Source: Sphaerodactylus townsendi (lineage: Eukaryota). From it: a stretch of DNA of 64,000 bases. Position numbers and translations under genes: made by a program. The stretch covers positions 54,994,001 through 55,058,000 of the forward strand of contig NC_059435.1 in the NCBI RefSeq assembly GCF_021028975.2, in the 5' to 3' direction. The notes below the pieces were generated by a model. It was given only the letters and a program-made list of their open reading frames with translations. It made no database searches and was not told where the DNA came from. Below, piece by piece: positions 12,054 through 23,708 of this stretch. Position 1 is the first letter of the stretch; every line of letters starts with the position of its first letter.

Positions 12054-12588
12054 TTTGGTAGCCATATTTGATTATCGTATTTAATTATCAGACCAAATTG
12101 ACAGTCTTGGGACATGATTCTGCATGTAACTCAGAGACTACACCATTATAAGGACAGTTTCTCACATAATGTTTTACTTCCCAAAAGTTCTGGCGTGGGC
12201 CAACTTGCAAAATTTCTACCTAGCAATTTTTTTCCCTCCCTTCTTTCAAGGCATGAACTTGAAATTTTTTTTGCAGCGATTGATTAATGTTAAACTCTGG
12301 GCTACACTTCAAAGGTAATCCTGTGTACAGCCTACACTGAGCCTGCCCCAATGGGCGGGGGATGTGTGAACTGGATTTGTCGGGTCCAACCCCAAAAGGA
12401 CCATGTACACACACAGACATCCCAGCCTTAACTAAATTGTGTTCATAATATGGGCATTCTTGAGCAACATGTCACCCTTCTATCTATGCTGCAGTGTATT
12501 GTGGAAAGGCTGTGATAGTAGAGTACAAGCATCCAAGCTATTGTACATGGGAGGCACTAGAGAGCAGCTGCCAGGTCACAAGAGACAG

Positions 12589-12741
12589 CAGTGAGCGATA
12601 CATCAGCTACAGCAGATTTTTTATGGGGTGGGTTTGGTAACTGAGGGCTTTCTGGCTGTTCCATTCCATGCATTGTTTCAAGGAAGCCGGACATGTAATG
12701 GGAGGGGTTTGAACCCAAGAACCCCCCCACCTAAGTCCCTG
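12589..12741 (-). mobile_element. Short non-autonomous DNA element (same family as 44433-44581)
   Basis: Reverse-complement match over ~130 bp to 44433-44581; CAG...CTG termini. Confidence 0.7.
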
Positions 12742-13487
12742 GATTCATGGAATTTGCAGGAGATGGGCCACCTTGCCCTGGCAGACCATGAGAAGCTTTT
12801 ACATTAAACCAATCTGTTTTTAAGCATATACAATGTGAGACGAAGCTGTTCTTGAATATTTGCTACAGCTCAGGGACGTTCTTCACTGGCATATAAAATG
12901 TGTCTAATGTGGGAACATTAAGTCCTTGTTGGACATGTTTTGGTCTCCCCCGGCCTCCTTTTTGGAGCAGGGTGCATTCTTGTATGAGAACTTTTGAAAG
13001 CTTCCTGCCCAATGACCGGCTGTTCTGACGCAAGGCTGGCAAGATGGCTCTCATGGATACTTTTTTAAAAAATGGTGGTTTTCACCTGATCCAAGGAGTC
13101 TTCCTGTGCCCTGATCCACAACATGAGATTTTTAATGGCTGTCAGAAAACCACACCCATTGGCACAAGACCCCTTGGACCAGAGGAAAATGTTGTCAATA
13201 ATAATTCCGTATATTCAACCCATTTCAATTCCAAAATACGATTTTCTGGAGCAAGAGTGCAAGTATTGACCTGTCCGTTACAGTCTTGTGTACTTAGGCT
13301 GATGGAAGTGTGTTGGGTCAGGCAAGTTATTTTCCAGCACTTGCTGCCTTGGCTTATTTACTTGTGATTACTTCATTTTGGGGTCTTCATCAAAAAAAGT
13401 ATTTATCCCACTTTTTCTAGAGTTTACATGTGATTTTGTGTGAAGGACAGTATGACGCTGTGAGGCCTATTCTCTTATTTCTTTGTA

Positions 13488-13493
13488 AATAAA
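13488..13493 (+). terminator. Candidate ARL5B distal polyadenylation signal
   Basis: AATAAA preceded by U-rich sequence and TGTA, followed by AT-rich sequence; second AATAAA at 13514. Confidence 0.45.
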
Positions 13494-13526
13494 TATAATT
13501 TATATATTTATATAATAAATATAATA

Positions 13527-13779
13527 CCCTGTTTCCCCGAAAATAAGACATCCTCTGAAAATAAGACGCAGTAGAGTTTTTGCTGAAGTGCTAAATATAA
13601 AGCATCCCCCGGAAGTAAGACGTAGCAAAGTTTTTGTTTGGAAGCATGCCCGTCGAACAGAACACCAGAGCATGCAGCTGTGGAGCGGAAAAATAAGACA
13701 TCCCCGGAAAATAAGACATAGCGCATCCTGGGGAGCAAAAATTAATATAAGACACTGTCTTATTTTCGGGGAAACACGG
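13527..13779. mobile_element. Tc1/mariner-superfamily (pogo/Tc2-like) MITE
   Basis: TIRs ccctgtttccccgaaaataagaca / tgtcttattttcggggaaacacgg, TA on both sides, repeated internal aaataagac motifs. Confidence 0.88.
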
Positions 13780-14330
13780 TAGTTGCAAAATAACTGAGAG
13801 TAGTGATACTGCTGCTGCTGACCAAGATGCTTTGTGATCATCCTGCAATTTCTTAGTGAAAGCTGCTTTTGCATCCACTGAGTACATTCTTCCTCTACTG
13901 CAAGTGTCAGCTACTTCAGATGGACAGGCTGTGCAGTTACATCAGCAATGTGAAAAACTGGGGCTGTGCTGAAACTGCTGGCTGTTTGTCACAGTCTCAC
14001 CAAGTTCTCCTTGTTTTCTAATTGCCCTTGTCAACATATAGTAGGGCTGTCAGGTCAGAGCCAGCAACTCCTGGGAGAAATTGGAAGGGGGGGCTGGTGC
14101 ACCAGCACGCTGATGTCATTTCTGATCAAGCTGGTGGAGACATTATTAGTCACTCTAGAATTGACAAAATCTCTGGCTTAATCATGGAGTTTTTGTAACG
14201 CTAGAGCATCTATTATATCACTTCTGTTTTGCATAGTTTTTACTTGAAGTGGCACCAGCACGTTGGCACTGATACGATTTCCCATTTATTCCTGTTGGCA
14301 CTGCGGGTGAGCAAAGTACCAAGAAGCGGG

Positions 14331-14390
14331 GATCCCCTTCGGGGATCGGGCGGTATAAAAGCCGAATTAATAAATAAAAAAATAAATAAA
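14331..14390 (+). mobile_element. L2 LINE extreme 3' end (stem-loop plus (TAAA)n tail)
   Basis: ccccttcgggg..gggcggtata..taaataaa matches the 3' end of the L2 at 57010-57057. Confidence 0.65.
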
Positions 14391-14436
14391 ATTAGATCTG
14401 CTGTGTAGTGTTAGGTCATCAGCCTGTCCAACATAC

Positions 14437-14685
14437 GAGAGCCAGCAGGATATACTGCTTAAGAGTGGCAGACTCTAATCTGGAGAACTGGGTTTGTTTC
14501 TCCACTCCTCCACATGAAGCCTGCTGGGTGACTTTGGGCTAGTCACAGTTCTCTCACAACTCTCTCAGCCCCACCTACCTCACAAGGCATCTGTTGTGGG
14601 GAACGGGAAAGGAAAGCAATTGTAAACTGCTTTGAACCTCCTTAAAGGTAGAGAGAAGAAGGGTATAAAAACCAACTCTTCCTCT
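14437..14685 (+). mobile_element. tRNA/CORE-type SINE (Squam3-like)
   Basis: A/B-box head, gggtgactttgggctagtcac core, ctacctcacaagg, gggtataaaaaccaactcttc tail. Confidence 0.85.
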
Positions 14686-14707
14686 GACTTAAGAGAAGCT
14701 CCTATAT

Positions 14708-14844
14708 GGCTCTTTCCACACATGCAGAATAATGCACTTTCAATCCACTTTCACAATTGTTTGCAATTGAATTTTACTATTCCGCACAGTGAAATCCAGC
14801 TGCAAAGTGCCTTGAAAGTGCATTATTCTGTATATGCGGAAGCC
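14708..14844. mobile_element. Harbinger-like palindromic MITE (~140 bp family)
   Basis: ggctctttccacacatgcagaataatgcactttcaa...ttgaaagtgcattattctg..gcggaagcc; sibling copies at 34143, 58879 and 61875. Confidence 0.8.
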
Positions 14845-15246
14845 AGGAATGAACAGGAGTGGGGACTGGTATTGAAACAGCAGCAGCTTGAGGAAATGAC
14901 ACCAAAGAGGATCAGGAACAGACAATATGTGCATAATCCAAAGGTGGTATAGACATTTCTGTTCTACTAAAATTATTTTAAACAAGACCCTGCCTTATGA
15001 TTTCTATCTTCCTTTTTTGCTCACACCCTATGAACTAAGAACGTTAGATGTCTATTAGCTCTGTAATATTGATTGTAACAAATCATTCACAATACTGGGC
15101 CAAAGATCTCACATATAGACCGTTTGTTCAGCCTGCACATGGCTAGTAGTGTGCTGCAGTCTAGAAGCTATGAAGTCAGTGGGCACAAGTGGAGAGTAAG
15201 TTGCAAGGTGTGAAAGTCTTTTGTTGGACTCTGCAGACCCAGGAAT

Positions 15247-15580
15247 AAGGTTGCCATCCTCCAGGTGAGAGCATGAAGATCAGGGACTGCAGCTGATCCC
15301 CAGACTACAGAGAAAATTTCCCCTAGTGAAAATGGCTGCTTTGGAGAATAGACTCTAAAGCAGGGGTCTTCAAAATATGTTCATGAACTACAATTCCCAT
15401 CAGCCCTGCCACTTGGCCATGCTGGCAGGGGCTGCTGGGAATTGTAGTCCATGAACATCTGGAGGGCCTGAGTTTGACACCTTTGCTCTAAGGCATAATA
15501 CCTTGATTAGATCCCTCCCCTTTCTAAACCCTGCACTCCCCAGTTTCTACCCTCAAATATCCAGGAATTTCCTCACCTGG
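15247..15580 (+). mobile_element. Old AGGGTTGCCA-terminated repeat (probable hAT derivative) interrupted by a MITE
   Basis: Shares aaaatggctgctttggag and gttgcca termini with copies at ~25878, 28565, 29650 and 37062. Confidence 0.65.
15361..15485. mobile_element. Palindromic hAT MITE nested in an older repeat
   Basis: Same family as 912-1058; TSD ctctaaag / ctctaagg. Confidence 0.8.
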
Positions 15581-15767
15581 ATAATTTTCCAAACACAAGG
15601 GCCAAGAGAGCTCTCATAGTAGGGATTCAGACTAGAAGATCTTCAGGTGACTTTCGAGGTTTGGAAGACTACAGTATAAATTGCTCTTTGTTTCACAATC
15701 CAGAAGTATTTTTAGCAAGTCCAATATTTCTGAGCAGCGTCTGGTTTTTATTTGGCTATTTAAGCTG

Positions 15768-15786
15768 TGACCTCTAGATGGCAGTA
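15768..15786 (+). promoter_or_regulatory. Candidate CTCF-binding site
   Basis: tgaCCTCTAGATGGCAGta fits the CTCF core CCNCNAGRKGGCRG and lies in apparently non-repeat sequence. Confidence 0.45.
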
Positions 15787-16237
15787 AAGTACTTGATTCC
15801 GTGAGGTTGACTCTTCCAGAGTTCCTGTCAAAGGGAACGTTTATTTTAAGGACTGAAAACTGCCAAGCAGGAAGGAAAGAAGGAAACTTCTTGGAAATGG
15901 CTACCTTTTGTTAAATTGCTTTGTTTTAACAGAAGTCATTCCCCACTTTTTCTTCTACAAGGAGTTTCTACATGACAAATATACAATTCTTCAAAATATA
16001 TAATGAAAAATAGCTAAAGGTCCTAAAAACATAAGTACTTTCGTCATAAACTAAAAGTAATGTGGTAGCATGTCTGACCTTTCTGAAGCAGCCATAATTA
16101 AGTCTTGGTTATCGTTTGGAAATAGCTAACATAACTTTTTTTCAAGTGATGGATCTTTAGTTCTATTAGGCATCGTTGCTACTGATTTGGCTTTGCCTTT
16201 TTTAGTTTTTTGCTTTTATTGATGGTTTTTACGCTAT

Positions 16238-16690
16238 GACCGTTTCTGCACGGCGTTGATGGGGGTTGGGTCACACGAATGGTTCCAGAAACAGCCGGGA
16301 CGACGGCGCCGCAGAGCGCCGTCGCCCGGCCGACCTGGCGTGTCCCTGGCCCTCCGGTACATCGCCGAGGCCTGGAGACACGCCTCCCGGCCCTGCGCGC
16401 CTGCTTCAGTGTCACAGGGCAGGGGGGCGTGTCCCCAGGCCTCAGTGACGCTACGGAGGGCCGGAGACAAGGTAAGTGAAGGGTGGGAGAGCGGGGGAGG
16501 CGCCTGGAAGCTGGCGTTTCCAGTAAACCTCGCTTGCCAAGCGAGGTTTGGAAACGCCGGCTTCGCTCCAGTCGGGCAGCGCAAAGGCGGTGCGGTGGCG
16601 CAGCAGCTGCGCCCCCTGTGCGAATGGCTCCCTGGGGACGGCGTTTTTGCTGTCCCCAGGCCGCCATAAAATGCCCGTGTGGAAAGGGCC
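16238..16690. mobile_element. CpG-rich PIF/Harbinger non-autonomous element
   Basis: TIRs gaccgtttctgcacgg / ccgtgtggaaagggcc; 3-bp TSD TAT on both sides; several internal palindromes. Confidence 0.85.
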
Positions 16691-17405
16691 TATGTTTCTA
16701 GCAGTCTCTTGTAAAAAAAGTGCCACTGAACTTCTCCTTTATTTTACATTATATCCGCAATTAATGCAAAAAATACCTCTGAAACGTGTAAATATTTACC
16801 TGGAAAATGTCAGGGTGAGGGATGAAAAAACTATTGTCACAAACAAACATGGTTCATTTCTCTCCAGAGAAAAATAAAATACAAATGGATATATTTTAAC
16901 TAAACCTTCCAGCTTTCAGAAGTCAGCCTGATCTTCTCACAGTGAAATGATAAACTTGTGCTTTGGCCAAAACACCGGAGGAGCTACTATGGCTAGATAT
17001 TGTTGTATTCAAAACACAAACCAACCCCCACATGCAAAATATGGTGCCAGGGCCATTTCATTCTCCATTTATAACTGTTATCGGGATGAACGTTTCATCA
17101 CATGACCCATTTGCACCAGCTGGAAGTGTAGCAGCCCAGACAAATTCCAGAGGAACAGCTGTTTCACAGGGCCATTGTGAGCAGAGCTACACTCTTCCAA
17201 GTCCAATGAAATCAATGGTTTTAGTAGCGTGTAACTCTGCTACAGTTGGCACTGTTAGTCTGATGCAGCCAGAAGACTAAAACATTTATTGTGTGGCATC
17301 AGCTTTTATGAGCAAGAGGCTGCTTTATTAGATCCATGAACCCAGATGTAGACTTGGAGTCTCAAGGCTTAATGATGCCATTCTCCAGCATACATTATAT
17401 TCTCC

Positions 17406-17702
17406 AGCAGTGGCGTAGGAGGTTAAGAGCTTGTGTATCTAATCTGGAGGAACCGGGTTTGATTCCCCGCTCTGCCGCCTGAGCTGTGGAGGCTTATCTG
17501 GGGAATTCAGATTAGCCTGTACACTCCCACACACGCCAGCTGGATGACCTTGGGCTAGTCACAGCTTCTCGGAGCTCTCTCAGCCCTACCTACCTCACAG
17601 GGTGTTTCTTGTGAGGGGGGAAGGGCAAGGAGATTGTAAGCTCCTTTGAGTCTCCTGCAGGAGAGAAAGGGGGGATATAAATCCAAACTCTTCTTCTTCT
17701 TC
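17406..17702 (+). mobile_element. Young tRNA/CORE-type SINE (Squam3-like) with (TTC)n tail
   Basis: Intact A box tggcgtaggagg, B box gggtttgattccc, CORE-like middle and tcttcttcttc tail; sibling at 49470. Confidence 0.9.
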
Positions 17703-18653
17703 ATATCTCACTTTGCCAGCAGACAGCATGGAGAGCAGGGCTTCTCCCATTGACATTATGCTCAGAGAAGTTCATAGGGGCACATGCAAGAGGAATGGGA
17801 GGCCTGCAGAAGATTTTTCTCTGTGCTTTCTACTCATGGTTGCTATTTTTTTCCTGACCCGTTCCTTCTGGTAGACTTGCTTTTTAAAAGATCTGTAATA
17901 CATACATTGTTTTAGTGGTATACCTAGTACTTTTTGAAAAGATGATGGCAAAAGATCTGCTACTACCCAGGATGTTACAGTGATATACCTACTGCCTAAA
18001 AAGAAAAGACTTGCCAAAAAGCCTACCAGGTATGTGAGGAACATAGGGGCGCACACACTGCACCCAGAAAGACTATGGTTGCTTCAATATAAGAATGGAA
18101 TTAATGCCAAATGTGGCTATGGAGGTGGGGAATCTGTCTCTTCTGGCCCACAGAAGAACCAACCCTGCTTTGAATACCATCTTTCATGAATGATCACACC
18201 AAAACTGGCTGGAAAAATTGTCAGTCATTGCTGGGGAAACTGACCTAGATGATGTATTGGAACCCCCCCCCCCCACACACACACACCAATCCAAATACCC
18301 CACTGCAATTATGGGGGAGTATGGAGAAAGACCTCTGGGTAGGAGCAATCTGTGTAGACTATACTTCCTGCACTCCTTCACACAGGAGCTTAGCTTTGTC
18401 AAGCTTCATATCCTTTATAAATATTAACTAGTGTGATATCATGATTACATAAAGGATAAACAACTGAAACTGTCTAAGTTTAGTATCAGCCTAAGAAAGC
18501 TCAAAATGTTATTCCAGAAGTGAATCCTGAATGCCACAATGTTCAGGTCAGGGCTTCCAAAAATACCTTGAAAGCCTTGGAGTAGATGTCCCTGAGCTAA
18601 GACATGTTATCATTGAATCACCAGTCACTCCCAACATCATCTGTCTTAAAATG

Positions 18654-18930
18654 AAGAGGAGTTTGCATTTATACCCCACTTTTCTCAACCATAAGGAGGC
18701 TCAAAGCAGCCTTCCCTTTTCCTCTCCACAACAGATACCTTGTGAGGTAGGTGGGGCTGAGAGAGTTCTAGGAGAACTGTGACTAGGCCAAGGTCACTCA
18801 GAAAACTTCATGTGAAGGAGTGGGGAAACGAATCTGGTTCATCAGATTAGGGTCCGCCACTCATGTGGAGGAGTGGGGAATCAAATCTTGTTCTCCAGAG
18901 GAAAGTCTGCTGCTCTTAACCACTACACTG
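18654..18930 (-). mobile_element. Squam3-like SINE with partially duplicated head
   Basis: Reverse complement of the 14437 family; catgtg(a/g)aggagtggggaa occurs twice (~18809 and ~18862). Confidence 0.8.
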
Positions 18931-19019
18931 CAATGGCAAGGGTTCAGTTGTGCACTTCATAATTATCTTGGGGCAATTCTCTGTTTTTCTCCATGCTGCT
19001 TCATGCTTGAGCCCCATGG

Positions 19020-19916
19020 GCAGTCTGTGGCTTAGTAGCAGAGCAGCTATTTTGCATGCAGAAAGTCCCGGATTCAATGCCCATTGTGACAAATGCCCAT
19101 ATTTGGGAAGTGGTTTCCAGTGAGAGACTGCACTGAAATTGTTAAGTCCTGCCCGGTCCTGATTGGCTGGGGAGAAATTTCCTGATAGGAGAAAAAGAAA
19201 CAGCTGGAGTGCTGAGGGTTTTTTTCTCTCTCTCTCTAGGGAGGGTTGGAGTGAGGGAGACTCCAGAAAAGGGCTCTGAGCCCGAAAACCCGTCAGGGTT
19301 ACTAAATATATAAAATTAGGGTGACCCTAGGAATGTGTCTTTGGGACTTGTTTACTCTTCCTTAAGGGGAGGTCTCCTAGATATGGCTGCAGGAAAGTGC
19401 CTGAGGGAGACTGGTCTGTTTGGAAGACCAGCTGTGACCCTTCTTAGTTTAAGCCAGTAGACATGGGGATTCTAGGCAGGGGCCCAATCACCTCACTGTT
19501 GGTCATAGGACCATTTGAGAGCCTAAACAAACTGTCTGAATTACTATACCTACTTCTTTTTGTGTGGGTGTGTTTATGTGTTCCTCAACCCTGAACCCTT
19601 CGGGGGAGGGCATTATATAAAATCCAATAATAAATAAATAAAATAAATAAAACCCTACCAAAAAAATGTTTGACATTACTGTTTATTTTAAATAAAACCT
19701 TTTGTTGTGGAGTTGTAAGACGATACGGGCTCTAGTGCTGATTTTGAGGGAGGCCTTTAAAGTCAGTAAGGAATAATTCCTGAGGTAATAACTCCCTGCT
19801 CTTGGAACTTGTAAAAGGGGGATTCCTTTCCTCCCCCCTGTTTGGCTTTGTTACATCCATCATCTACCATTAAAGTGATCATGTAGTGGGCAATGTGAAT
19901 CCCCTCTGCCAGAGAT
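19020..19916 (+). mobile_element. tRNA-Ala-like SINE (Squam2-like) split by a solo LTR
   Basis: Head ctgtggcttagtagcagagc...catgcagaaagtcccggattcaat (19020-19084) resumes after the LTR as catct..ttaaag.gatca.gtagt..gcaatgtgaa (19861-19916), collinear with copies at 27270 and 36232. Confidence 0.7.
19085..19855 (+). mobile_element. Solo LTR
   Basis: Termini tgtgacaaa...tttgttaca (TG..CA, 9-bp imperfect IR); 5-bp TSD cccat/tccat; AATAAA near 19692; contains an L2 tail at ~19590-19650. Confidence 0.8.
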
Positions 19917-22900
19917 TGTGGAGAGTTTTTATCAGTGCAAATATACAATATTGCCCTCAATAGATGATCTCATTCATGTGTTCAACCTATGAATGGCGAC
20001 AGACACACAAATTAGCATAATAATTCTATATTTGTATTAAGTCTACCCAGAGCCACTTCAAGAAAGAGGACAATTTTATAACATGTCTTCTTTTATGTAT
20101 TCTCCATTCATCGGCATCGGCATTTGGCATTTCTTTAGGGGAAAAGTGTATATGTAGGCATGTTATTCTTGCTGATCCACACTGTGTCTATTAGCTTCAG
20201 CTGAATATTTTGATTCCTGGCATGTTAAGCCACAAATAGAGATGTCTAAAATAGAAGTTATTACAAGGTCAATTATTTCACACACCTGTGATTAAAATTC
20301 CGTGACGCTACTCACATAAGGGGCAAAAATGCTGAAATCCATTATCAAACAGCTGATAAAGAATGCTTAGAACAGCAGCAACCTACATTAATTATCTTCC
20401 TAATTTCTGCTTCAATTTGTAGAACAAATTTTCCTTTACTAGTCTAGACACTGCATTAGTACTATGTGATAGCTTTCTAGTGGTGCCAAACACTGCTAAT
20501 TTATCATTAAGCAGGGCAGGCATTGTCAATAGTAGTTATAATTAGAGATTAAGAGGGGGGTATTCAGTGTTTCAGAAAACAACTTCAGGAGGCAGAATAC
20601 CATGCTTTGGGGGAAAGAAATGGTTATAAAACAATGAACTGCGAGAAGAGGCTAGGTCTATGGACAAATTCCAGCCCTGTTATACTAATAAACTGTCTAT
20701 CTGTTAGACTTTGTCCAACAGAGTATTTTGGACAAATGACATAGTACATTTCCATGTGGTAGCCAGGAGGGACTTTCTACTTAGAAGTGCCATAGGGGTT
20801 CCAATTACCCATGTAGTAAAGGAAAATTTGTTCTACAAATTGCAATATAAATTAGTTTGGACCATGAAACAAAAGAATAGTCCTTGTCTCCCACCCTGCT
20901 GTTTTCCTGTCCTAAAATGGTGCTGGGGGCATTATTTGTATGTGTAGTTCCTCAATGGGGCAAATAATGTCTCCAGTGGAATTTCAGGGAAAAGAGCACA
21001 GAAGGGGAAAGGTAGAAGCTCCTCCCCCTACACCATGATCCAAACCAGAATTGTGCTCCCGCACCTCTAAATAGAGTTCCCATGTGGAACCTGCAGTTGG
21101 CGCCCAGCTGGTTACCATATGGAAAATGTAGTGTAGTTTGGCCTTTTCTCTGGCAGTTCAAGGCTTCTTTTGCTTAGCAGAAGCGAGCTGTTTGGTCCAT
21201 TCCTGTGACTTGTGCACAACTCTGCAGGAACATCACCGGAATGGCACCTTTCAACAGACGGACTCAAGGGGCACCAGAAACACAACAGTGTTGCATTCCA
21301 TGTAGGGTGATATCAATTTTGAGATATCTGTGTGTGGGTTATAGGGTTAATCAGGTATTTATGGAAAGGACAAAGGAAATGCCTGATATGAGTGCAAAAT
21401 CATGAACTTTATATCAGTGCTAAAGTGGAAAAAAATTACCATAAGCCGATTTGGAAATTCATGTAATGACTTTTAATCTGTTGCAATTGTTTGACATTTT
21501 CCTCTAGAGCAGTTTTAATCTCCTGGTTTTGTAGGAATGACAAAAACCCCACTCACATTAAGCCTAGAGAGAGAAAAAAATTAGTTACCATTCCATACCA
21601 ATGGAAGAAGCAGTAGCTCACAAGTGAATGTTATCATGTGAAGTCCTAAGAACTATCCTTGAGACAGTTACATATCATGCCTGTTATTTGCACAACCCTC
21701 TGGGTGTAGGAGACGGAAACGTGACATTGCTGCAGGCATTTGACTGCCACATATATTCCACTATCCCATTAACTCATGAGAATTGTAACGACAAGCTAAA
21801 ATCCCAGCCCTCTACATGGAGATACCATGAACCAGGATCATGAGACAATTGTGACAACAGTTCATAATTCCAACAGTTCCCACTTGCAATAATGCAAAAT
21901 GCAAAATGAAATTATTCAAGAGGGCTTTGTGTACAAGTAAATGGAACTGTACTGTAATTGAAATGGTCAGAAAGTTGCGCTAGTAAAAGGTCCTGTGGGT
22001 TTTGTGGCCTACACTACTATATGTTCCAGACTAGATAGTTTCTATACCATTTAACATATCATGGTTAAATGCTTGTGCTTTGCTTCAACTCTGTTTGAGA
22101 GCTCGGTTTGTTTTCAGATTTCTATAGTCCAAACTCTATATGTTCCACCCTGTTGATTGTATTTTGCTTTTGCTACATAATCCACCTTGAAGTCAGCGAG
22201 AAAGGCAGACTGTAAATAACTGAACAATAATAGTAATAATATTAATAATAATATAACGGAGGGTGGAAAAGAAGGATTAGCCGGATAAGTGGGAGGATAG
22301 CTTAGGACACAGTTTTCTGGAAAGAGTGGAAAGAGTTCCTCAGAACATAACTTGAATGGATAATACACATTGTGTGGATGGCAAATTAGGGAGATACTAA
22401 AGGACCTGGAATTTCTTTTTCTTTTTTTGGTAGTTTAGAGACAAGATGGTTAAGAGAGGACAAATTTGCAGTTTTCCTTTCTGATGTAGATGCTCTAAAA
22501 CAATCCATGTGTATCTTCCCTCCCTGGACTCAGCTGCTTGGTTGAAATGACCCCTTATCCACTCTTCCCATTGGACAAACACCACTTCCAAACAGCCATT
22601 CACACAAGCACATTGACCATGCTGACTACTGCCTTATCTGTATGTCATATTGAGCCAGGCATTATTTTCTTCACATCATCAAATCCATGGAGATTTACTG
22701 TTTGGTTAAAAAAAAACCCTATCCTTCCCCATCTTCTGAATAGCTTGAGGCAGTTTACAAACTAATAAAAACAAAAAAAAAATTTCTGTACACTTGGCCA
22801 GACGCCCACTCCACAGACCACAAGGTCCTCCCAAATTAAGGCAATTATCTTTTGCTTTTTGGAAAGCAGAATTGATCAGATAGTGTAGGAGGCGAGAAGT

Positions 22901-23708
22901 TGAAAGGTAGAGAGTGAAAGCAGAAAAAATGGTACCGGGTCTTCATGGTGCCAGTCATTAGCAGGTTTTTTTTTTTATAATATAAAAAGCTAGGGTTTTA
23001 GCTAGGGGATTGGAAATTTTCCAGTGACAACATTAGCTCAACTTTGAAAAAAAAGCAGTAGCATTTCTAGTCACCAACAGTGTACAGTTTTCACTTAGAA
23101 ACTTATGAACAGAGTTATAATAAATTGCATGCAAAACAACTATCCAAGAAAACCACAATAGAACCATAAATAAAAACTCATGTTTCTTTTATAGTTTTGT
23201 TGTTTCCTCAGCCCGAGACAAAACAAGTCCCTAGTAAGTATTTCATCTTTTCTGCAGCCTGAGTCCCTGCCTTCTTTTCCCTCTGAATTCTCACAACACT
23301 CACCATGTCTTTCCAAACACCACAAAATAGAATAAAAATGTACCAACTTGTATCTCTATGAAAAGTTGTTTCTACTTTGCCAGCTAACTTTTCTTTCATG
23401 TGTATTTCCTATGATGGGAATTATCTTCCTGCTACCTCCCCTCGCTCTTCTCACACTTTCTTCAGATGTTCCTTGACGCCTTTGCCATAGCTACTGCATC
23501 CTCCCCGAAGGAAGCCTAGCTATATGTACTTAAGACATTATATTCCTGCTTTCAGCTTCTCTTCTGCCCTCTCTTGCTTCCCTTGTGTTGAATTTCAGAA
23601 TATAAACTTTTGGGGCAAGGGCCTATATGCTGCTTTTAAAAGGGCCTGCCTGCCATGTACATAGTCTTGCCAACGACCTGGGGGAAAAATGTTCTGACCT
23701 CTTAATAG

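Larger units (their letters stand above)
8673..13510 (+). other. ARL5B: Putative long ARL5B 3' UTR
   Basis: Follows the stop codon; U-rich and ARE-like motifs (attatttattta near 9103); AATAAA at 9815, 13488 and 13514. The 3' end is inferred, not demonstrated. Confidence 0.5.

Noticed and set aside
16179-16877. Overlapping long ORFs in GC-rich DNA (also 34409-34984, 48821-49371, 62549-63323)
   Set aside because: Explained by stop-poor GC-rich MITEs; no protein-family motifs.
17916-18029. Exon-like segment (ttttag...cag|gtatgt)
   Set aside because: Stops in all three frames; no support as a coding exon.
21098-21112. tRNA-Lys PBS-like tggcgccca
   Set aside because: Match is only ~9 nt, and I could not delimit an upstream LTR or downstream gag.
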